64,000 nucleotides of DNA from contig NC_043006.1 of the NCBI RefSeq assembly GCF_006345805.1, positions 85,622,001-85,686,000 of the forward strand, in the 5' to 3' direction. A program made the position numbers and the translations under genes. Below are positions 13,038-26,391 of this stretch, piece after piece. The first letter of the stretch is position 1. Each line of letters opens with the position of its first letter. This stretch comes from Octopus sinensis (taxonomy: Eukaryota). The notes beneath the pieces are model-generated. The model did no database searches and was not told the DNA's origin. It saw only the letters and a program-made list of their open reading frames with translations.

Positions 13038-13231
13038 AGTTAGTTAGTTAGTTAGTTAATTTTTTGGCTCAAAAGGCAAAAAACAAGGCCATGTAGGGGG
13101 ACATGGAGTTATGTACAGGGTGGTGTTCATGTAAAGAGTTCAGGCCACTTGTGGTCAAGGGAGACTTTGAACCGAGCGGTTGTCGGCATCTTCACTATCT
13201 CATCCGGCAGCTTATTCCACGGATCCGCAAC
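13038..13231 (-). mobile_element. CR1 3' end, same family as 9886-10800
   Basis: Matches 9905-10068; (GTTA)n tail. Confidence 0.85.
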
Positions 13232-13586
13232 TCATGTTTAATGAGAGTGTTTGCTTGATGTAAGTAATGCTGGAGGATAATAAATATTTTTTCTGTTGTT
13301 GAGACACAAAGTGAACTTGGCCCCACGAGAAGATGCTCTCAACATCTCTTTCCATAGATTCAATGCAAATTTAATGTGTGGTGCTAGGCTGCTTGTGAAT
13401 GATACATAGTTGAGAAAAGTTAGAGAGGAGTGAAAACTTTATTACTAGCATATGAATGGGTGTTGTTGGCTATGGTAGCAAGTAGGTCATTGATTTATAG
13501 AAGGAAGGAAATGGGTGACAAAAATGAACTCTAAGCCACAACAACTGATGTAAAGTTGGGCAGAAGGAACTTTGTCAGTACATACT

Positions 13587-13775
13587 GCTCCGGCAGGGGG
13601 TGGTGGCGATTCCTGCTGTACTCTTTCGCTACAACTTTCTCTCACTCTTTCTTCTGTTGGCCTGCTCGCTTAGCCAGCGGGGTGGCGTCATTTGAAGGCT
13701 AAGACAATGCAAAGTGCATTGTGACCAGCGATGTGTAACAACATCTGATAGCCTGGTCGGTCACGTGATCACGTG

Positions 13776-13777
<2 letters not shown>
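13587..13777 (+). mobile_element. SINE family D fragment
   Basis: GCTCCGGCAGGGGGTGGT...GTACTCTTTCGC core shared with 22390-22682 and 62868-63175. Confidence 0.7.
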
Positions 13778-13811
<34 letters not shown>

Positions 13812-14239
13812 TTACTCTTTGTTTCTGTACCTGGTTTGCAAGATTCTTAATATGAATTCATGTGTTGAAACAAATTTTGCTGTGTCTAAGGAGAATTATT
13901 ATGAGAGATGAGCGGAGATCTTAGGCAGAAAATTTTGATAGATTTGCATGATAGACATGGTGGAAGGTTTTGATGATATCAAGAGCATCGAAGATACATT
14001 CACTGTGTGTGTGTAATTAAGGAGGTGAGCTGGCAGAATCGTTAGCACACCAGAAAAAATGTTCCTAAACATTTTGTCCATCTTTATATTTTGAGTTTAT
14101 ATTCTGCCAAGGTTAACCTTGCCTTTCACCCTTTTCAGTGGATGAAAGAAGTACCATTTGCAAACTGGGTTGATGCAATCAACTACAAAATTCCCACACA
14201 CCCAACAAAATTTTAGGCCTTTTACCTATAGCAGAAAGG

Positions 14240-14270
<31 letters not shown>

Positions 14271-14271
14271 T

Positions 14272-14803
14272 CATCATCATCATCATCATCATTTAGCGTC
14301 CGCTTTCCATGCTAGCATGGGTTGGACGGGTCAACTGGGGTCTGTGAAGCTGGAAGGCTTCGTCAGGCCCAGTCAGATCTGGCAGTGTTTCTACGGCTGG
14401 ATGCCCTTCCTAACGCCAACCACTCCGCGAGTGTAGTGGGTGTTTTTTACGTGCCACCTGCACAGGTGCCAGACAGAGCTGGCGAACGGCCACGAACGGA
14501 TGGTGCTTTTACGTGTCACCGACACGGGGCCAGGCGATGCTGGCAACGGACACGAACGGATGGTGCTTTTATGTGCCACCGACACGGGGCCAGACAGAGC
14601 TGGCAAACGGCCACGAACGGACAGTGCTTTTATGTGTCACCGGCACGGGGGCCAGCCGAGGCTGGCAATGAACACAAACGGATGGTGCTTTTACGTGCCA
14701 CCGACACGGGGCCAGACAGAGCTGGCAACGGCCACGGACGGACGGTGCTTTTACGTGTCACCAGCACGGGGGCCAGCCGAGGCTGGCAACGAACACGAAC
14801 GGA
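14272..14803 (-). mobile_element. RTE-type LINE 3' UTR (family C) with ~61-bp internal tandem repeat x~6
   Basis: (CAT)n tail; repeated GTGCTTTTACGTGCCACCGACACGGGGCCAG units. Confidence 0.85.
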
Positions 14804-15103
14804 TATATATATATAAATTTTATTTGTTAGGGAATAAAAATTCCAGCATAACAGGGGTTCAAATTATTCTCAATGAGGAAATTTATATTTTCATTTAGAG
14901 ATAGTGGGCCCCTTCATCCCATCATATAAAAGAATTTTAATTTAAATACTTACTACTTTATAACTTGGCTACATGTGTTTCTTGGGGTTCATTTCCCGGT
15001 TCCTTAACAACGGTGTGTTTTGCTGGAACCAGTCTTAAAATATAACCCCAATCATCATTCTTTTATATGGTGGGACGACGGGGCCTACTATCTCTAAATG
15101 AAA

Positions 15104-15138
<35 letters not shown>

Positions 15139-15260
15139 ATAGCCGAAATTGCTAGGATGATCCGGTTCTTGACTGAAGATTGAAGGCTTCGAATGTCCCA
15201 TCCGTGTTTTTTGTATCGTCTTCTAAATGTTTTACGTTCTTGTCCCAGTTTGTATTTTTC

Positions 15261-15297
<37 letters not shown>

Positions 15298-16111
15298 ACA
15301 AGATGCAGCACGGATTTTTGTCAGTGAACAGGTCGCGGATTTTAGCGACGAAAATATTTGACAAATTAAACTTAAATGTTGAAGTGAATCGAATGGCTTT
15401 TGTGTGTTTCTTAAATGGTTTACAAACACCTTCCACGCTGCAATTGTTTTCGTTTCAGCACACGATCTCAGATCAAATTACTTGCTATGCGAGTACATCT
15501 CCGTAATATATATATATATATATTTACACTTTGTTTCTGTACCTGGTTTGCAAGATTCTTTATATGAATTCATGTGTTGAAACATTATGCCAATATTATC
15601 AACACAATACACTGGTTGAATTTCACTCCTTTATCATAAATCAATTGGTTAAATATCCAACTAACTAACTGATTGTTTAATTGGTTGAACAGTAAGTCAT
15701 TTGTTTTTGTTACTACTTGCAACCTTTTCAATGACCTTCTTAGTCCATTATGGAGGCTGTGTCTGTCTGCCTGAGACTTTGTTGCATGCACTCACGAGGC
15801 TTTGGTTGACCAGAGGCTATAGTAGATGACACTTGCCCATGATGTCACACAGTGGGACTGAACCCAGAACCATGGGGTTGAGAAGTAAGCTTCTTACCTC
15901 ACACTCATGCCTGCATCTTCATTTATGTTTATAGGATATATGTTTGAAAATATGTGTATATGAATCCATGTGGATTTTTTTTTTCACTGGTTAGTCAGAA
16001 AGAGAAGGGCCATGCACACAGCCTCTTATGGATTTCAAGTCCTTTGAGATTGGTGAATGGAAGGGCAGGAGCTTTTCTTAAATCAGAGGCCTGGTCTGAT
16101 TGCTTCCTATA

Positions 16112-16323
16112 TGAGGAGGTGCTGAAAAATTCCTGGCTTTGGATAAAAGAAAATACAGGAGGATCAGTTTTGATTTTATTCAACATATTCCCCCTCTCAG
16201 ATTCACACACCTATTGCAATGGTCTCTCAGTTTTCTATGCTCTGTAAAAGAACTCAGAAGGGGGAACTGCCAACCAGGTCTTTTGCGATACCCTTAAGCC
16301 AGAAACTTTACAGCACCACCTCA
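16112..16323. mobile_element. Tc1/mariner-type MITE (other copies 47707-47906, 49087-49291, 52327-52524)
   Basis: TIR TGAGGAGGTGCTGAAAAATTCCTGGCTT...AAGCCAGAAACTTTACAGCACCACCTCA, TA flanks. Confidence 0.85.
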
Positions 16324-17281
16324 TAGAGTAGATTTTTCTAAAGGACCATTTGATGGTTATCTTAAATCTGGTGACAAATTAACTTCACTACCCAAGAACT
16401 CTGAGTGAGTGCAACTGGAACAAATATCATAAGACTTCTCAGTACCCCAGTATTTTAATCAAACCTGAAAGGATGGAAGATAAAGTTGATCTCAGTAGCA
16501 TTTCACCAAAGAAAGCTGCAGCAATTGTGACTAAATATTTTGTCCTATATTCTTACTTATACAACTGTGCATTGCGTGGATGTGAATTAATAAGGATGAA
16601 GATAGGAATGGTGGTGTGTGCAAATGAAGGACCAGTTGAGTGTCTGTGAGTGTGTTTCTGCATGCACAATTACTTTGTGTGTGTATACATATGTATATAT
16701 GTATGTATAGGTATGCACACACACACACATATATAATTAGGAGTGTGTGTATGTGTGTGTGTTGATATATATATATGTATGTGTGTACATGTTGTGTTTA
16801 TATATGTACGTGTGTGTGTTATATAATCTTCTGAAATGATTACTCATTATTTCAAAGATATATATCAACATTGACAGCAGTTTGAAAGGGAGCTGCTGCT
16901 GCTGTCGAGAGTGAATCGAAGAAGCCATAGATAAGTAATCCCTTGTTATTATAATGAATTCCTACAGGTAGAAAAGATAATTTGCAGAGGAATCAAAAAC
17001 ATTGTTACAATACAATTCAAGAGATTTCTGGGAATATTGGCAGGAAAATCGTTTTTGAGAAGCAAAATGAGCTGATAACATTGTGAATCTATCATTTCAT
17101 ATGTGAGGCATAAATGTATATTGAACTTCTAAGAACTGCTAAGAAATGATGCTTAGCACCAGTTTTATGGAGTGAAATAGCTTAGAGATAAATCTCTCTC
17201 GGGATCTGATGTCAGTTGATCACATAATATTCCTAGTTGGCTTGTTACTAACTGCTGATTAGATAAACAGTGACAATACTA

Positions 17282-17918
17282 AGTGTTGGTATATCACAGA
17301 TAACATTCCCAGAGCTGGTACTCATTACTGAGAGCAAGGGCATTTGAGACGATGTTGAGTGTTGGTATATCACAGGTAACATTCCCAGAGCTGGTACTCA
17401 TTACTGAGAGCAAGGGCATTTGAGACGATGTTGAGTGTTGGTCTATCTCAGGTAACATTCCCAGAGCTGGTACTCATTACTGAGAGCAAGGGCATTTGAG
17501 ACGATGTTGAGTGTTGGTATATCACAGGTAACATTCCCAGAGCTGGTACTCATTACTGAGAGCAAGGGCATTTGAGGCAATGTTGAGTGTTGGTCTATCC
17601 CAGGTAACATTCCCAGAGCTGGTACTCATTACTGAGAGCAAGGGCCTTTGAGACGATACTGAGTGTTGGTCTATCCCAGGTAACATTCCCAGAGCTGGTA
17701 TTCATTACTGAGAGCAAGGGCATTTGAGACAATGCTCAGTGTTGGTCTATCCTAGGTAACATTCCCAGAACTGGTACTCATTACTGAGAGCTAGGGCATT
17801 TGAGGCAATGTTGAGTGTTGGTCTATCTCAGGTAACATTCCCAGAGCTGGTACTCATTACTGAGAGCAAGGGCATTTGAGACAATGTTGAGTGTTGGTCT
17901 ATCCCAGGTAACATTCCC
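17282..17918. repeat. 76-bp minisatellite, ~8.4 copies, with diverged units on both flanks
   Basis: Unit AGTGTTGGTATATCACAGGTAACATTCCCAGAGCTGGTACTCATTACTGAGAGCAAGGGCATTTGAGACGATGTTG starting at 17282, 17358, 17434... Confidence 0.97.
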
Positions 17919-18951
17919 AAATGATCTGATATCTACTACTGGCAGTGAGGTGAACTGTGACAATGTAGAATGTTGGTCTATCACAAGTGACATTCCATGA
18001 TAACCTAATACCTTTTACTGACAACAAGGTGAACTTAGACAATGTAGAACGTAGTTCTATCATAGATAACATTTCCAGATCGTCTGATAACTGCTTCACA
18101 GCTATGCAAACGGAGACAATGCACAATACTGGTCTCTCACTAGAAAACCCTTCAAAATGTTTGTTTATGTATATATATGTGTATATATGTGTGTTGATAG
18201 GATGACGCAATCATCATGTATATATGTACGTGTACAATATATGCATTGTGTGCACTTGTTTGTAAATACATATATGCATGAAATTATGTGTGCATGTATA
18301 TGTTTGTGTGTGAATGTATGTATATTTTGTAACTATATTTTGAAATATTTTCTGTATGTAACAGCATGTGTGTGTGTGTGTGTGTGTGTGAGTGTGCATA
18401 TTTTTATGCATATTTAACCTGATTTATTTTGTTATATGTTAATTTTTTTCATTCACTCTTTCTCTTTGCTTAATGAACAGATTTTGAAAAGTACTTAACA
18501 TGCAACCTTCTAATAATAATTAGATAGAACTTTCTCGAAAAACTATTTTTTCCAATATAGAGAGAAGACTTTCAGCACATAAATTAATTTATGCAACTTT
18601 TCAACTAAATAATGTGTATATGAGCATTTACATACACTTATATTCATACACATGCATACACAGACACATACATACACTCAGATATGCATACTTAGACAAA
18701 TATACACATGGGGACTTGCATATATATGTATACATACAGTTGTGTGAATACATATATGTATGTTTTAAGATATTAAATGTTTTGGCCGGTCATATAGTGA
18801 CCAATGGTTTCACACCTATAATGCACTTAGTAGTATAAGCAACTTGCCAAACTCAAATGGACAAAGGTGCATAACCTCTCTATTACTGGAAGAAGAAATA
18901 CATCATGGTCAGTCAGTTTTGTAGTCAAAAAAATATTTGTCCATGCTACAG

Positions 18952-19060
18952 GTGGAATTATTCCCCTTAAATTGGCTCCAGCCATGGTGATATTTGAAGG
19001 TGTGCAGCGTGCTGATTCAACAAATGGGAAGTTTCAAGTTTGTAGTAGGAAACGTTTTAG
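18952..19060 (+). other. Candidate exon of an unidentified host transcript
   Basis: CTACAG| acceptor, AG|GTGAGT donor, one open frame, GCCATGG at 18981-18987. Confidence 0.25.
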
Positions 19061-21242
19061 GTGAGTGTATTAACTAAATACCTCTTTTATGTAGTTTAGA
19101 AAGGTTCCCAGGTTGCCTTCGAAGTAATTACACAACAAAAGACCTATCACTTAGATAAATACAAGCATACATCCTTATAAATGAAACATTACCTATGCTA
19201 AATAGGAAATACATGTAGCAGGTAGGGATATTCCGATGCCACAGATACATATATACATAGGTAAGGATACCCCAATGCTATAGCATATATACATAGGCAC
19301 ATGCGTAAGTAGACAGTCAAGTAAATAGGTAAATAGATAGGTTTTAGGTGGTTAGGTTAATTATTTAGATTGCTGGTTACTACATTAATTATGTAGGTAG
19401 GTAGATAAGTGAGAAGATAGGGAAGCAAATAGGTAGGTAGATAAGTAGGTAAGTAAGTAGGTAGATAGATATGTATGTAGGTAGATGAATAGGTATACGG
19501 GCAAACATGCACATACACACATACAAAAGCACACATAAACACATACACAAGGAGACAGAAAAACATGACCATACACACACACTACACGTGCATACACACA
19601 GACATATAGATGCACACACGTTTACACAACTGGTGCATGTTCCTATACACAAACATATGCATACACACAAACATGCATGCACAAGGTAGCAGAGGTACAC
19701 ACATGCATGCTTACAGAAACATACAAGCACACACACACAGATATTTAAATATGCAGAAGAATACATACATACATATGCAAGTACATGGCAAGTACACGTA
19801 CTTGCATATGTATGAAACTGAAAGAAGCCTGTTGTATATGTATGTGTGTGCATATTTTTGTGTTTGTTCCCCTCCACTGCTTGAAAGCTGGTGTTGGTTT
19901 GTTTACATCCCTGTAACTTAGTGAGTTGGTAAAAGAGGCTGAGAGAATAAGTACTGGACTTGAAAAAAAAAAGTACTGAATTGATTTGTTTGATTAAACC
20001 CTACAAGACCCAGTATGAGTCTAATGACTGAAACTAGTAAAAGATAAAAGATGTGTGTGTGTGTGTGTATACAAATACTCTTTCATTCACATGTGCACGT
20101 ATCTCTCAGATATGTATACATACATATGCACATAAAAATATGCATGCACATCATATAAATATATAAGTATGAGCCAACAAGTGGTAACCAGACATCTTAA
20201 AAAGTAGTGGATGATTCTCCCTCAAGTTCTGTACTTCTATTGCCTTCTGATACAATACCTGAGTGGTTTAATTGAATATCTCTCTCCCCTCTGTCTTTAC
20301 ATTCACACAGCCCTGGCTGTCTTCCATGCCATGCTGCCCTTAGCAAAATCATAAAGTATGGCCTAGACACCACAGGATTCCCTTCCCAGCTCGGGCCAAC
20401 AGTGCTGGACTGAGGGGATGGTAAAAGGCCTTGACAGTATAACAGTTTTCTTGTTCTGTGGTGGTAGACCCCTCATCTAGGATGCCACATGCTGTGATAC
20501 CTTCTCCCGTGGCAATTTGTTATGGTCATCTACCAGCCCAAGCTCTGCTGCCCATCAGGCTGAGAAAAGCAAACTGTCAAGGCATCTGTCACTGACAGGT
20601 TTGTGGTTGAGCCTGGGACAGTGGAGACCTCACTATCAGGGTAAAGATGATTGTCTGCAAGTGTGAGCCCAATGAGTCAGAGCAGCTGTTCCAGCACAAC
20701 TCCCTCGCCATTCTCTGGGGCACTGCCTTTTCCATTTTGTCTGCTTGGGCCATGAGACAGTCTGATTTATAGGAAATTGTACGTTCCTCACCTTAAATAC
20801 TTAGATCTATGCCTTAAGCATAGTTACTTTGTTCTGGTTTTACTAAAGCCATGTAATAATTAGTTTAACTACTTCCCTTTGCCCCTTGGTAACTAAACAT
20901 GCCAATACACAGATATTCAACTTCTGTTAACCACTTCTGTCTTGATTATAGGGTGTTTTTTATCTGGTGCATGCATGTCTGCATATACATGCATACTAAT
21001 ACTGGTGCCTGACAATACTTGGATATTGTGCCATAGTAACTTAAGATAAAAGAATATGACTTGATGGAGAATAGCTTGCTGCTTTTAACATGTCTATCTA
21101 CTATGCAGAGATCTCACTTGTTGACTTATGTACATACGTAATGTCAGTATGGTGTGATTTGAAAGAGATTTGGCTGTTTCTAGCAGGAGTAAGTGCCACA
21201 CAGATCTACTTCATTGACTCACATGTAACACTAAATGCAAAA

Positions 21243-21450
21243 CACTGACTCTCTCACACATTGACTCTCTCACACACTGACTCTCTCACACATTGACTCT
21301 CTCACACACTGACTCACTCACACACTGACTCTCTTGCACACTGACTCTCTTGCACACTGACTCTCTCGCACACTGACTCTCTCGCACACTGACTCTCTCG
21401 CACACTGACTCAACCTCATGCATATTGACTCTCTCGCACACTGACTCAAT
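21243..21450. repeat. 16-bp tandem repeat (ACACTGACTCTCTCAC)n grading into (CT)/(CA) microsatellite
   Basis: About 12-13 units visible. Confidence 0.9.
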
Positions 21451-21479
21451 CTCTCACAGACTTTCTTTCACACTTTCAC

Positions 21480-21519
<40 letters not shown>

Positions 21520-21809
21520 ACACTGTCATACATATTTTTTTGCACTCATACACGTTCTCTCTCATACTCACACTCTCTCTCTCTCACATATATGCTCACA
21601 CACACACACGCATACACATAAGTAGGATGTAATTTAAAGATGTAGCTACTATATCCACTGACTAGTTTTATGTAGTTGCTCTCTAGTAGAATCGTATACA
21701 CATGTAAAACAGTATTGTGTGTGGTGTAAGGGAGATGTGGCTACTATTTCTCTCACGTCTAGTTTAGCCATGCAATTTCATCCTTGATCAAATATATTTA
21801 TGTTGAAAA

Positions 21810-22200
21810 ACGTTCTCTGACAATCCTCTTTCCTGGTTATAAATTGGCACCCTATTGGTTACTATGGCAATGGTTCCAGTTGATCCAATTAATGGAACAA
21901 CCCACTTGTGAAATTCACGTGCAAGTGGTTGAGCACTCCACAGACATGTGTACCCTAATGTAGTTCTCAGGGGCACTCCACAGACATGTGTTGCCTTCGT
22001 GTTGTTCTTAGGTATATTCAGCAGGACACAGAACATGACAAAGCTTTTGAATTACGTGTCCAACTCATTTTCACTAACCGAGTGGACTGGAGCAATGTGA
22101 AATAAAGTATCTTGCTCAATGACACAATGCATTGCCAAGAATCAAAGTCATGACCTTATAATCATAAGCCGAATACCCTAACCACCAAGCCATGTGCTTT
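21810..22200 (-). mobile_element. tRNA-derived SINE (family E), degenerate
   Basis: Minus-strand tRNA-like head (CATGGCTTGGTGGTTAGGGTATTCGGC...) and body resembling 57450-57720 and 62635-62865. Confidence 0.6.
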
Positions 22201-22389
22201 TACTTTCCCGGTTATACAGTGCAGTACCAACAACCACATCATCTGTTTGCTTTTTTCTTTTTTTTTATCTCTGTGATATGAAGATGACCTTATTGAGAAC
22301 ATCATATAACATTATGATCTTGATTGTATCCTAGCTACCTATACTACACAAGTACATGTGACTGATGCTGTTGCTGTTGCTGTTGAGCA

Positions 22390-22682
22390 AACGGTCTTCG
22401 TCCCAGAGCTCGCAAGATGGGAGAAGTCCGAAATGTGGTCCTTTGCTATTCGTAAGACCCGCAGAAGAGAAAGCAGGTCAACCCCTGACACCAAGAGCAT
22501 CGAGACAAGAAACAGGGAGAAAGAGTGAGAGAAAGTTGGGGCGAAAGAGTACAACAGGGGTCTCCACCACCCCTGCCGGAGCCTCGCTCAATAAACACAC
22601 ACAACGCCCGGTCTGCGAATCGAAACTGCGATCCTCCAACCGTGAGTCTGCTGCCCTAACCACAGGGCCAATGCACCTCCAC
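22390..22682 (-). mobile_element. SINE family D (tRNA-like head)
   Basis: Reverse complement of TGGAGGTGCATTGGCCCTGTGGTTAGGGCAGCAGACTC...GTTTCGATTC. Confidence 0.85.
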
Positions 22683-22997
22683 TGCTGTTGCTGTTCAGGG
22701 CATTAATATTGTAAGCAACATCACTGTTGTTGTTTTGCCTCAAGTCCATCATGATGGGAAAACTTATGGTTAAAGGCCTTCCAGATGTGATTATCCTACT
22801 TTTATTATCTATGAGAGTCTACACTGGGTGTCTAATACATCCAGCATAATTGAAGTTGTAGAATTTGATTTGAGAGAGATTTCATTGTTACTTCTAGCTG
22901 ACCCCAAACAATTCATAATTGTAATATAAAGTGTTTAGCTATTTCAAAAAGAATATGCAAAATTAAAAACACTGAAATTAAAAATATTGCTGTTATC

Positions 22998-23435
<438 letters not shown>

Positions 23436-24189
23436 CTCTATCTCTCTATCTCTCTCTCTCTCTCTCTCTTTATATATATATATATAGAGAGAGAGAGAGC
23501 GAGAGATAGATAGATAGATAGATAACAGCAATATTTTTAATTTCAGTGTTTTTAATTTTGCATATTCTTTTAAGCAAAACTTCCCTGTGTGGTGGTGAAA
23601 AATAAGTTTTGTGCATTTTTTATCTGTTGTTTCTCAAACTATTGACATACACACTTGCACGTGCCTATACATAGATAGATATGAATATTAAGTGTGATGC
23701 GTAAATTATCAAAATCATATCATAATTGCATCCTAATAGATATTTTTTAATGTAATATTTACACATACATACACATACTCGCATATAAACACATAGAATG
23801 ATATACAAAAATATACTTGTTACATAGTAGAATGGAAACACTCATTAGTACATATACACATAAATGTACATACATACATAGGTATGACACATGTTTATAT
23901 TCTTATTAGTACATATCATGCACACACATCTGAACATGTAGTTACACAAGCACACACACACACACACACACACACACCACACACACACACACACACACAT
24001 TCATCTGTATTTACATATGTTCATTTGTTTGCTTTGTGTCTGCTTTTCTATGTTAATATAGGATGGAGAGGAACTTACGCTAGGCAGGTTTTTATGGCTG
24101 GAAGCTCTTCCTGTCACCAACCCTTATCTGTTTTTCCAAATGGAGGATATTTTATTCCACTGGTCTTTGATAGGTCAGAATGACAAGTC

Positions 24190-24745
24190 ATCATCATCAT
24201 TATCATTATCGTCTAATGTCCGCTTTCCATGCTAGCATAGGTTTGATGATTTTGACTGAGGAATAGCGAACCAGATGGCTGCACCAGGCTCCAATCTTGA
24301 TCTGGCAGAGTTTCTACAGCTGGATGCCCTTCCTAATGCCAACCACTCCGAGAGTGTAGTGGGTGCTTTTTACGTGCCACCGGCACGGGGTCCAGTTGAG
24401 TGGTACTGGCAACGACCTCGCTTGAATCCTTTTACACATGCCCCCAGCACAGGTGCCAGTAAGGCGACTTTGGTAACGACCACGCTCGAATGGTGACCTT
24501 TTACATGCCACTGGCATGGAAGCCAGTTGGCTGCTCTGGCAACGATCACGCTCGGATGGTGCTCTTGGCACCCGACTAGCACGGGCACAAGTGCCAGTAA
24601 GGCAACGCTGGTAACGATCACGCTCAAATGGTGCCCTTTAAGTGCCACTGGCATGGAAGCCGGTTAGCTGCTCTGTCAATGATCATGCTCGTATGATGCT
24701 CTTTGCACCCTGCTAGCACGGACACCAGTCATCGATTTTGATTTT
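24190..24745 (-). mobile_element. RTE-type LINE 3' UTR (family C) with internal tandem units
   Basis: Same tail and repeats as 14272-14803. Confidence 0.85.
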
Positions 24746-24972
24746 GATTTTATCAACAAGAAATGAAAATACCATCATTGTTTTGCTCAAATGGTGATGC
24801 ACTTGAAATATCAATATATGAGTGTGGGTTGAAAAGTTCATAGGCTGACAATGAAGGAATGAAGCTAGGGCTGTGAAATCTTGCATGCATTAATTTCAAA
24901 TCTTATTAAAAGCTACATTGTTTCTTTCTAGCAGAAACTGACATCTTGCTGTTTAAAGAAGACTTTAAAAAT

Positions 24973-25540
24973 ATTGGATTGTCCGGAAAGTTCATGCCGA
25001 TTTGTAGTAGCTTACCTTTTGACTTATTTTAGAACACGGTTGAATCCATAAAATAGGATTTCACTACACCTCCATTTAGAGCACAGTTTAAACTATCTTT
25101 TCGTGGAGGAAGGTTTCTGTTCCTATAACCTGTGTTAATTCTGTAACCCTTTAAAATGGAAGATAAGAAAGTTCATTTTCGGCACTTGATGCTTTGGGAA
25201 CCAGACAAAAATTACTGTAGCTCGGCTGGGATATGTTACCCCACCCTCCATATTCACCAGATATTGTTCCTTCGGATTTCCACTTATTCAGGTCTCTGCA
25301 GAATAGTCTTAATGGTAAAAATTTCAATTCCTTGAATGACATAAAAAAATACCTTGATGAATTCTTTGCCATGAAACCACCTCAACTCTGGGAAGAGGGT
25401 ATTTTCAAGTTAAAGGAAAGATGGATACGCATTGTGCAACAAAATGGTTCATATTTGGCTGATTAAAAATGTAATGGCAAATATTTATTGTCCTTTTACT
25501 TTCCTTTGAAAGTCGGCACAAACTTTCTGGACAACCCGAT
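24973..25540 (+). mobile_element. Internally deleted mariner (second family) nested in the element above
   Basis: TIRs TTGGATTGTCCGGAAAGTTCATGCCGA / TCGGCACAAACTTTCTGGACAACCCGA; ORF 25233-25466 HPPYSPDIVPSDFHLFRSL. Confidence 0.9.
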
Positions 25541-26391
25541 ATAACTAGTAGGGACTACTCTTGAAAATGGACAAAATTTGGCATAGTGGTGTTATCAAGT
25601 ACCAGCAGAAAAAAGGATTCAGCCCCCAGCAATATTTATGCTGACATGGTTGCTACATTAGGGAATGACATGCCAGCTTTGTCAACAGTGCAAAATTGGA
25701 TAGCTGAATTTAGGAGCGGAAGGGAAAGTCTTGAAGAGAAGCCAGGGTTTGGACGTCCTGCAATTGCCACTCTTAAAGAAAACTTTGATCATGTTCACCA
25801 CATGGTGATAGATGACAAGTGATTGACTGTCATAGCAATAGAAGACAGGCGATCAGATAGCAAATGCAATTAGCATATCCCATGAGAGAACTTGGCAAGA
25901 CAAATGTTCCTTTCAGTGAGTGTCATGTCTTCTGTCTCCTGAAAACATTTGAGTCAGATCCATCTGATTTCCTTGAATGTTTCCCAAACCAGGATGACTG
26001 TTTCTAGCTCAGAGTGGTGAGTCCAACAAAGAGACAATCCTTGTAGTGGAAACACCCCTCCTCTCCTGCTCCAAAGAAGTCCAAGGTTGTTTCATCTGCA
26101 GGGGGTGTGGTGGGCTCAGTTTTTTGGGAAGCAAAGAGCCTTGTATTTATTGACTATCTTCAAAGGACCACACCACCAATGGCGAGGATTATGCCAATTT
26201 GCTGAGGTAGTTATGAATGACTATTAAGACAAAATAACCAGGAAAACTGATGAAGTCAGTGGTTGCTGTGATTGATAGTGGCTTTGAACTAGTTGATCAA
26301 CCTCCATATTCTCCAGATTTTTGTCCCATTTGAGCATTATCTGTTTTTTGCCAACATAAAAAAACACTTGGCTGGGAACCAGTATCTCTGG

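Noticed and set aside
15165-15200. CTGAAGA...GAA...GTC hammerhead-like string
   Set aside because: No GAAA/stem III or convincing stem I pairing.
17282-17918. CRISPR-like appearance of regular repeats
   Set aside because: Whole units repeat with no unique spacers, there are no cas genes, and the context is eukaryotic.
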